Assembly: GCF_000341395.1 (NCBI RefSeq)
Contig: NC_020304.1
Location: 1,920,001-1,952,000, forward strand
Source: Desulfocapsa sulfexigens DSM 10523
Lineage (GTDB): Bacteria; Desulfobacterota; Desulfobulbia; Desulfobulbales; Desulfocapsaceae
DNA length: 32,000 bases
Direction: 5' to 3'
The notes below the pieces were generated by a model. That model was given only the letters and a program-made list of their open reading frames with translations, made no database searches and was not told where the DNA came from. Shown here one piece after another: positions 24,938 through 32,000 of the stretch; within the stretch, counting starts at the first letter, position 1, and the number at the start of each line of letters is the position of its first letter. The translations under genes were made by a program, and so were the position numbers.

Positions 24938-25930
24938 TTACAACTCGAGACCAAGTCGAGAAAAATGTAAGAATGAGGAAATGTTGTGCTGAATATAATC
25001 AATTCTAACTTCATTCTTACGCCGATCATGGCCTCCCCTGACAAAAGAACCATCTGGGAGGCGGAAACCCAACTGTTTGTTTAGGTTGTATTTGATCTGT
25101 TCAATGCACCTTTCACATAACGTTTTATCATCGATAGTATCTGGTCGTTTCAGACGTAAAAAAGCCAGCAGACCTTCTGATCGGCAGGCTATCGGGGTAC
25201 TTCTTTCCCATGAGAGGTATTCGGGATTGTCGAGTATATGGAGTACTATTTTTTCGGCATGGTGATAGTAGAGAGAAGACACTTCATAATTTGACAGGAG
25301 CTCAAGAAAATAAAGCATCCAGTGAGATTGTTCTTTCACCCCATAATCCTCGGGCGCGAGTTCATTCTCAATTTTCCGCACGGCATCATACCAATACTTC
25401 TGTTGTGTTAGCCTGTATAGGGCCACCAGCGCAAATAGTGCTTCACCGGTATAATACATCGAGTGAAATTTGGATATTTTTCCTGACTTAAAATATCGTT
25501 TATGAACTAACCCGTTGTTCTCCATCCGTTGATCTACCATAAACTGTGCAAGTCGCTCAGCAATAGTCAAGAGGAAAGGATCCTGAGTTGTTTCGAATAA
25601 AGAGACCAGAGCCAGGGTGGAAAGGGCATTTCCCCCAAGCTTGATGGTATTGTTTTCACAGATACAAGCGTTGTTGTAGCTACGGTAAAATCTCAAATAG
25701 GTGTCAAGGAGATAATGTGTAGCTTGACGACAACAGTCTAAAATTTTTTTATCAGAAACATCACGATAAACGTCAAGCATTGCCCAGACAGCTCCTGCAT
25801 GACGGAGGACATTGTAACCTTTTAGAGGGCGGGCCTCCTGTGAATCATACCTGTATTTAAAGCTGCCATTTTTCTGAATCAAGTTTGCAAGGCATGCCGC
25901 TCCGGTATGTGCAATCTCAAGTGTATCCAT
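24938..25930 (-). CDS. Hypothetical protein, possibly an (alpha/alpha)-toroid repeat fold
   Basis: 330-aa ORF 62 nt upstream of the Mur-CapA gene on the same strand. Recurrent helix-pair motifs ('LRHAGAVWAMLDVY', 'GGNALSTLALVSLFE', 'YYTGEALFALVALYR') resemble prenyltransferase, LanC or glycoside-hydrolase toroids. The fold guess is weak. Confidence 0.35.
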   Translation of the reverse strand: MDTLEIAHTGAACLANLIQKNGSFKYRYDSQEARPLKGYNVLRHAGAVWAMLDVYRDVSDKKILDCCRQATHYLLDTYLRFYRSYNNACICENNTIKLGGNALSTLALVSLFETTQDPFLLTIAERLAQFMVDQRMENNGLVHKRYFKSGKISKFHSMYYTGEALFALVALYRLTQQKYWYDAVRKIENELAPEDYGVKEQSHWMLYFLELLSNYEVSSLYYHHAEKIVLHILDNPEYLSWERSTPIACRSEGLLAFLRLKRPDTIDDKTLCERCIEQIKYNLNKQLGFRLPDGSFVRGGHDRRKNEVRIDYIQHNISSFLHFSRLGLEL

Positions 25931-26046
25931 TTGTGAAAGCCTTTTTATAGAAGAACGGTAAATAACTGCTTTACGGGCAACTGAAAAATGATTTTTTATC
26001 TAACGATTCCTTACTTAAACCTAAATACCTGCTGTGTTGCCGGGGG

Positions 26047-26259
26047 TTATTTTCTCGGTTCCATTAATGTGAGAATGACACTGGTCCGGTCTTCTGGGTT
26101 AGGCATACCTCCTGGGTTGAACCATCTGTCCAGCAACAGGTAAGGGCCTCTGTCTCCCTTTAGAATCGCTCCCACATTCTGCCACCTGGTCTTCTCGTTA
26201 CCTTCATGGTCTTCGTAAGTACCAAGCGGAATTGCAACATCATACATTTTCTTGGACAT
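26047..26259 (-). CDS. Small conserved-looking hypothetical protein (70 aa)
   Basis: GGAG 8 nt upstream of the ATG. 'GNEKTRWQNVGAILKGDRGPYLLLDRWFNPGG' looks like a folded small protein. I recognise no family. Confidence 0.45.
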   Translation of the reverse strand: MSKKMYDVAIPLGTYEDHEGNEKTRWQNVGAILKGDRGPYLLLDRWFNPGGMPNPEDRTSVILTLMEPRK

Positions 26260-26502
26260 TCCCGTATCTCCTTTGAGAATAGTGTTTGTTTAGACTGGAA
26301 GCTGTTGAGATTAAAAGCCTGTTACAGCTTAAACATACTTAAACCATCTCAAAAATAAGTTTTTTTATCAACCTTTTACGAAAAAAATATTTACTCAGTT
26401 GATAAATGCTGGACTCCCGTTTAGCCATGAGAATTACTCTGTCCTGAACGCATCATTTGCACAGCTTTCTTTTCGATATTCCATGAGGCTAATGTTGTGC
26501 CT

Positions 26503-26548
26503 CAAAAAAGAAAAAGCGTGGATAAGTTTTTTCAAGACTTACCCACGC
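26503..26548 (-). terminator. Rho-independent terminator of the poly-Asp protein gene
   Basis: On the minus strand: GCGUGGGUAAGU-CUUGAAAAA-ACUUAUCCACGC (12-bp stem, one G.U) followed by UUUUUCUUUUUU. It begins ~36 nt after the TAG stop. Confidence 0.75.
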
Positions 26549-26583
26549 CTCTGGGTCAAGCAAATGCAAACGGCGAGACTATA

Positions 26584-28248
<1,665 letters not shown>

Positions 28249-28550
28249 GGCGTCCTCCCTTTGAAAGTGTAAAATTAAACTTCTTCTACTGGTTTAATTG
28301 TAAGTCATAAAAAAAGTAAAATCTATGGTACTTTGGTACAGTATTGATGTCTTTAGAATAAGTTCGTGCGAAATTGCATGTACATTTTGTGGACGCAGAG
28401 CAATGTTTGGCAGGGAGGTGAGAAAGGTTGAAGGGGACGAACATGTATCCGCTACTATCTACTTGGATTATTCCGGAGCTACTAAACCATGATATAGAAG
28501 ATCTCTATCACCCAAGAATTTAGAAAATATAGGGCGACAAATGAATTAAG

Positions 28551-28739
28551 ATGTCCATCGAAGTGGTCAGGAAAAGAGAGATCCTACCGGAATCCCAAGG
28601 GATCTTGTGCCATGACCACTGGAGGTCTTATTGCACTTTACATTACTCATGCAAAGTGCAATGCCCACTAACCTACGGAAGATGGATAAAGCTTGGTAGC
28701 AGGATGCCAACAGTAAGCACAGTTAAGCTCCAAAATTGA
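28551..28739 (+). pseudogene. Possible short remnant of an IS66-like transposase
   Basis: 'GILCHDHWRSYCTL' resembles the 'G.LV.D.W..Y' DDE-region block of IS66-family transposases. The ORF is only 62 aa with no flanking transposase sequence. It sits in a 612-nt non-coding gap. Confidence 0.25.
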
Positions 28740-28860
28740 TCAAGGAAATCAGTTCAATAAGGTTACCCATGAAGCTGGGCTGCTTGGAACTCGGTAGTGT
28801 GGAGGATTTCTGCATACGCCACCTGGACCTCTTTGAGAATCACAAAGGAAACCTGGCTAT

Positions 28861-30819
28861 TCAGTTCAGCTCGGTGGGGTTATCAAGGTAATATCCCTGA
28901 ATACCGTCGATATTGAGATCACACAATGCCTGATACTGCGCTTCTTCTTCTACCCCCTCGGCAATAACCAGGATATCAAGGCTATGAGCCACACCGGTCA
29001 ATGCACCAATGAAGAAATGATTGTTACTGTCTTCTTTGAGTTCATCAATGAAGGCTCGATCTATTTTGACATATCTGGGCTGTAGGGATTTTAAATACCC
29101 AAAATTGGCAAAACTCTGCCCAAAATGATCAAGGCCGACAAAGTGCCCTAATGCTTTTACCTCTTTTGCAAAATCCTGGAGAATATTCAGTTCTTGAGTC
29201 GCATTAAACTCAGCAAATTCAAAGATGATCCTCGGTGCTCCCGGAGGCATTTGTTTGAGGCTGGATAAAAGCCAGGCGGTAAACGATACATCTTTAAGGG
29301 AAGATGGAGAAATATTGACAGCAAGTTCATTGGAGTGCAACTTTCCACTATCAACAAGCATCGCTTTTTCAATGACGATTTTGTCGATAGAGGATATACA
29401 CCGTAGTCGTTCTGCCAGGGGGATGAAGATGCCGGCATTAAGCATTTGACCTGTCGGCAAGGGTATCCGCGCTAAAATTTCCCTATGCATAAGCTGTTTC
29501 AAGTTGCTGCTCATGACCACGGATTGGCTAAACAGAGTAATATCTTTATTGTCCAGGATCTGGTTCAGAAGAAGCTTCCATTCGTGCTCTCCACGTGGGG
29601 TAATGGCAGGTTCAGCGGAAAGTAATTCAACGATCCAGGTGTTTGGTCCCTGGTTTTGTGCTGCTCTCAAAATTTGATCGGCCTCGGAGAGCAGTTCCTT
29701 AAGGGATGTCACTTGTTCATAAATGACACCTCCTACATGTCCAACGTTTTCAGAGGACCCAACGTCTTCAATGGCCAAGCTGGCAAAGCCTCTGGTTATT
29801 GCTGCGGCTACATGACGTGCATCTTCCTCTGTAACATCCGGTAAAAAAACTGCAAAACTGCCTCCTGAAATATGTGCGAGTGCGGAATTTTTCAGCCCTC
29901 GTGTCGCTTCACGAATACAGTTCGCAACCTTCTGGAGGAGTTGGTTTCCGCGTAAATACCCTTTTTCCTGGTTGAGCTCCAGGAGATTATGAACCTGGAC
30001 AAGTAAAAATGCTCCCTTAATAGAAGCGGTATCACTCTTATCCATTCTAGCCGCCACCTGTCCCTGCAGGTAGCGCCTGTTGCCTAATCCGGTCAAAGCA
30101 TCACTATAGGCATTTTTCCTCAATCTGTTCGCCACCCGCGCCTGTTCATCGAACATCTTTTTCACTTTAGCGGTCATGCTATTCATCGCAACAACAACCC
30201 GTCGCAGTTCACGGGTTCTCGGGAGCTTCTCTTGGAATGTGTACTGTTTTTTGCAGAGGGCCTCTGCCTGCTGTTCAACCCGCCGTAAAGGCTTGAGCAG
30301 GGCTCGCAAGCCAAGGGCGCCCAGCACTATCACAATAACACCTGTAACGCCAAAAATTTTTGTCATATTACAGATGGCTTCCCAGAGTGTTTTATAGGCA
30401 TACCCCGGGTGACTTTCCACATAGAGACTGCCTCTCTGTGTCCATCCTGCAGTTAGCAGTGTACTGGCACCTGGAGTTTTTAAGGGGACAGCTCTTATAA
30501 ACCAGGCCGGAACATCGTTGATAATGACCTTAAGGGTTCTATCTATATGGACTGTATCATCCAGGTCAGTGAGCCGAATTGTACGATAATACCCACGATC
30601 AAAAACAACATTGATCATGGTTTCGATTGTAGCCATATCGTTCTCAGCAATATAGGGGGTGATCGATAATCCTAGAGAGGTTGCTGTATCCTGGGCATGG
30701 GATTCGAGCTGGTCTTCAAGAAAAGAACGTGTACCCTGGAGTTTGATGATCCATGTACAGGTGAAAAGAACAAAAAAGAGTACTAATGTAAATATGAGCA
30801 GTTGTCTGTAAAGTGTCAT
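28861..30819 (-). CDS. lapD: LapD-like inner-membrane c-di-GMP receptor (LapD_MoxY_N periplasmic domain, HAMP, degenerate GGDEF, EAL-like)
   Basis: The N-terminus 'LYRQLLIFTLVL...EDQLESHAQDTATSLGLSITPYI...GYYRTIRL...VPAWFIRAV' is collinear with P. fluorescens LapD as I remember it. 'PRTRELRRVVVAMNSM' marks the HAMP region. 'SGGSF' replaces GGDEF. The EAL region has 'EIL', 'DHFGQSF' and 'AEGVEEE'. Confidence 0.85.
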   Translation of the reverse strand: MTLYRQLLIFTLVLFFVLFTCTWIIKLQGTRSFLEDQLESHAQDTATSLGLSITPYIAENDMATIETMINVVFDRGYYRTIRLTDLDDTVHIDRTLKVIINDVPAWFIRAVPLKTPGASTLLTAGWTQRGSLYVESHPGYAYKTLWEAICNMTKIFGVTGVIVIVLGALGLRALLKPLRRVEQQAEALCKKQYTFQEKLPRTRELRRVVVAMNSMTAKVKKMFDEQARVANRLRKNAYSDALTGLGNRRYLQGQVAARMDKSDTASIKGAFLLVQVHNLLELNQEKGYLRGNQLLQKVANCIREATRGLKNSALAHISGGSFAVFLPDVTEEDARHVAAAITRGFASLAIEDVGSSENVGHVGGVIYEQVTSLKELLSEADQILRAAQNQGPNTWIVELLSAEPAITPRGEHEWKLLLNQILDNKDITLFSQSVVMSSNLKQLMHREILARIPLPTGQMLNAGIFIPLAERLRCISSIDKIVIEKAMLVDSGKLHSNELAVNISPSSLKDVSFTAWLLSSLKQMPPGAPRIIFEFAEFNATQELNILQDFAKEVKALGHFVGLDHFGQSFANFGYLKSLQPRYVKIDRAFIDELKEDSNNHFFIGALTGVAHSLDILVIAEGVEEEAQYQALCDLNIDGIQGYYLDNPTELN

Positions 30820-30834
30820 ACACCGAACCTCACG

Positions 30835-31701
30835 TTATTGTATACTGGCAGGCATTCTCTCAAGCAGGTCATTCCATAATTTGAGTCTGTCACTTTTTCC
30901 CACCAGGTCACCTCTGCCTCGCTCTTTTGCCAGCCACAGTCCAGCACCATTGAAACTGTATACAGGAAGCAGGTCTGATCTTTGTGTTGCTGGCTTAATG
31001 GCATTGATAAGATTATCGAGAACCAAAGGCACAGCAGTGGGTGTTTTATAATAGGTAAGCACCATATGACTTTGATTTAATTTCCAGGCCTTAACATACG
31101 TCAGGGTAAGTTTTTTCTCAGGAACCCCCAACATCTTCAGAGTAAAATATTTTGAAAGGGCAAAATCTTCGCAGTCGCCGCCATCACTTGCAAGAAACTC
31201 TACCGGAGTGGCCCAATAATCTTTTTTTGACCAATGTATTGCATCACTGACAAAATTGAGTTGATTAAAGAATCTGTTTACTTTTTCCAGCTTTTCAATA
31301 TCGGTACGACTCGTATCTTCACGGACAAACTGCTGCCAGGCCAGAAGTCTTTTTCTTGCATCAACACCATATTTATCCTCAGCAGTATCGAGTAAAGATG
31401 AATCAAGTGTGAAAATTTCGTTGGCTGAGGCAATCTGGCCTGCAAAAAAAAAGAGTAAGAACACAAATGCGAAGGGTAGTAGAGTGTTGTTGGCAAATTT
31501 GAGGACGGAGCTACTGCGGGAAAGGACTAGTTGAATAATTGTTAATGGTGCGTTAACGGAATTTAATACAATTGCGCCATATCGATTGCTGGATCGGCTC
31601 TGCAACAAACCGTTGCCATCAATCATGAGTAAATCCCTGAAGTATAACGGGATACAATAAATACGGTCCTCAAACTGGCCATCCATTGTATCCCGCTTCA
31701 A
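30835..31701 (-). CDS. lapG: LapG-like periplasmic transglutaminase-like cysteine protease (BTLCP, peptidase C93)
   Basis: 'DGGDCEDFALSKYFTLKMLGV' holds the catalytic Cys, 'QSHMVLTYY' the His and 'LVLDNL' the Asp. Signal-like 'LLPFAFVFLLFFFAGQIASA'. The start is uncertain: TTG 31701, ATG 31686 or ATG 31626. Confidence 0.85.
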   Translation of the reverse strand: MKRDTMDGQFEDRIYCIPLYFRDLLMIDGNGLLQSRSSNRYGAIVLNSVNAPLTIIQLVLSRSSSVLKFANNTLLPFAFVFLLFFFAGQIASANEIFTLDSSLLDTAEDKYGVDARKRLLAWQQFVREDTSRTDIEKLEKVNRFFNQLNFVSDAIHWSKKDYWATPVEFLASDGGDCEDFALSKYFTLKMLGVPEKKLTLTYVKAWKLNQSHMVLTYYKTPTAVPLVLDNLINAIKPATQRSDLLPVYSFNGAGLWLAKERGRGDLVGKSDRLKLWNDLLERMPASIQ

Positions 31702-31721
31702 TCCAAAAAATCTTTTTTATC

Positions 31722-32000
31722 TTATTGCTTTTCTGATACAACAAGAGGGCCAATAGATACCTGACTCTCTTCTGGCCACTCCTTATCAAAAGACTTAACC
31801 AGTTGTCCCAAACCATTCAAAATACGGTATTGGGCGTACAATCCATCATATCTGGCTTCAACCAGAGCTCGTTTGGCGTCAATGACCTCGGCCTCACTAT
31901 CAAGAACATCAAGTAAAGTCCGTTTGCCAAGATTAAATTGTTTGGTATATGCATCAGCAGTACCGGTGGCAAAATCGACTCGTTGCTCCAGATAGTTAAT
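31722..32000 (-). CDS. TolC-family type I secretion outer membrane protein (LapE-like), C-terminal 92 codons; 5' end outside the window
   Basis: This is not in the supplied ORF track. My translation of the minus strand from 32000 is 'INYLEQRVDFATGTADAYTKQFNLGKRTLLDVLDSEAEVIDAKRALVEARYDGLYAQYRILNGLGQLV...SEKQ*', with TAA at 31722-31724. This is the typical C-terminal repeat of TolC/TIGR01844 proteins. Confidence 0.8.
   Translation of the reverse strand: MNYLEQRVDFATGTADAYTKQFNLGKRTLLDVLDSEAEVIDAKRALVEARYDGLYAQYRILNGLGQLVKSFDKEWPEESQVSIGPLVVSEKQ

Overview
The window comes from a Gram-negative chromosome whose gene content looks like a sulfate-reducer or delta-proteobacterium; that taxon guess is weak. 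All calls rest on reading the ORF translations and DNA by eye, with no searches run.

The first 9.5 kb is housekeeping: lon (3' part), a DUF3465-like gene, dgkA, azlCD, efp-epmA, a YgiQ radical SAM gene, an Nth-Xth fusion and a LuxR-type response regulator. It has one exception. At 4939-5271 a small signal-peptide ORF is interrupted by three in-frame TGA codons. Each TGA follows a GSG motif and is followed exactly 14 nt later by a 6-bp/5-nt-loop hairpin, so it is a candidate triple-selenocysteine secreted protein.

From 10.1 kb to the end, the window is organised around a Lap-type, c-di-GMP-controlled type I secretion system:
- An ABC exporter and HlyD adaptor lie at 10172-13746 (+).
- A TolC-like OMP (partial), a LapG-like BTLCP protease and a LapD-like receptor lie at 28861-32000 (-).

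Between these halves sits the presumed substrate (26584-28248, -). It has a LapA-like N-terminal retention module, a TAAG-PAAG LapG site, (PTTT)n/(PTET)n repeats, an uninterrupted run of about 256 aspartates and a short C-terminal tail.

The same interval holds an unusual enzyme set:
- a MurF-like ligase fused to a CapA/PgsA domain;
- two tandem Fem/GNAT-like paralogs;
- a soluble DUF2156 (MprF C-terminal-like) protein;
- a fusion of an unknown domain, a nucleotidyltransferase and an APH-like kinase;
- a lipoprotein combining an alpha/beta-hydrolase with a lamin-tail domain;
- an Asp-less LuxR regulator.

I propose this is an undescribed system that displays, and possibly side-chain-tailors, a genetically encoded poly-Asp polymer. 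The tailoring part is pure inference.
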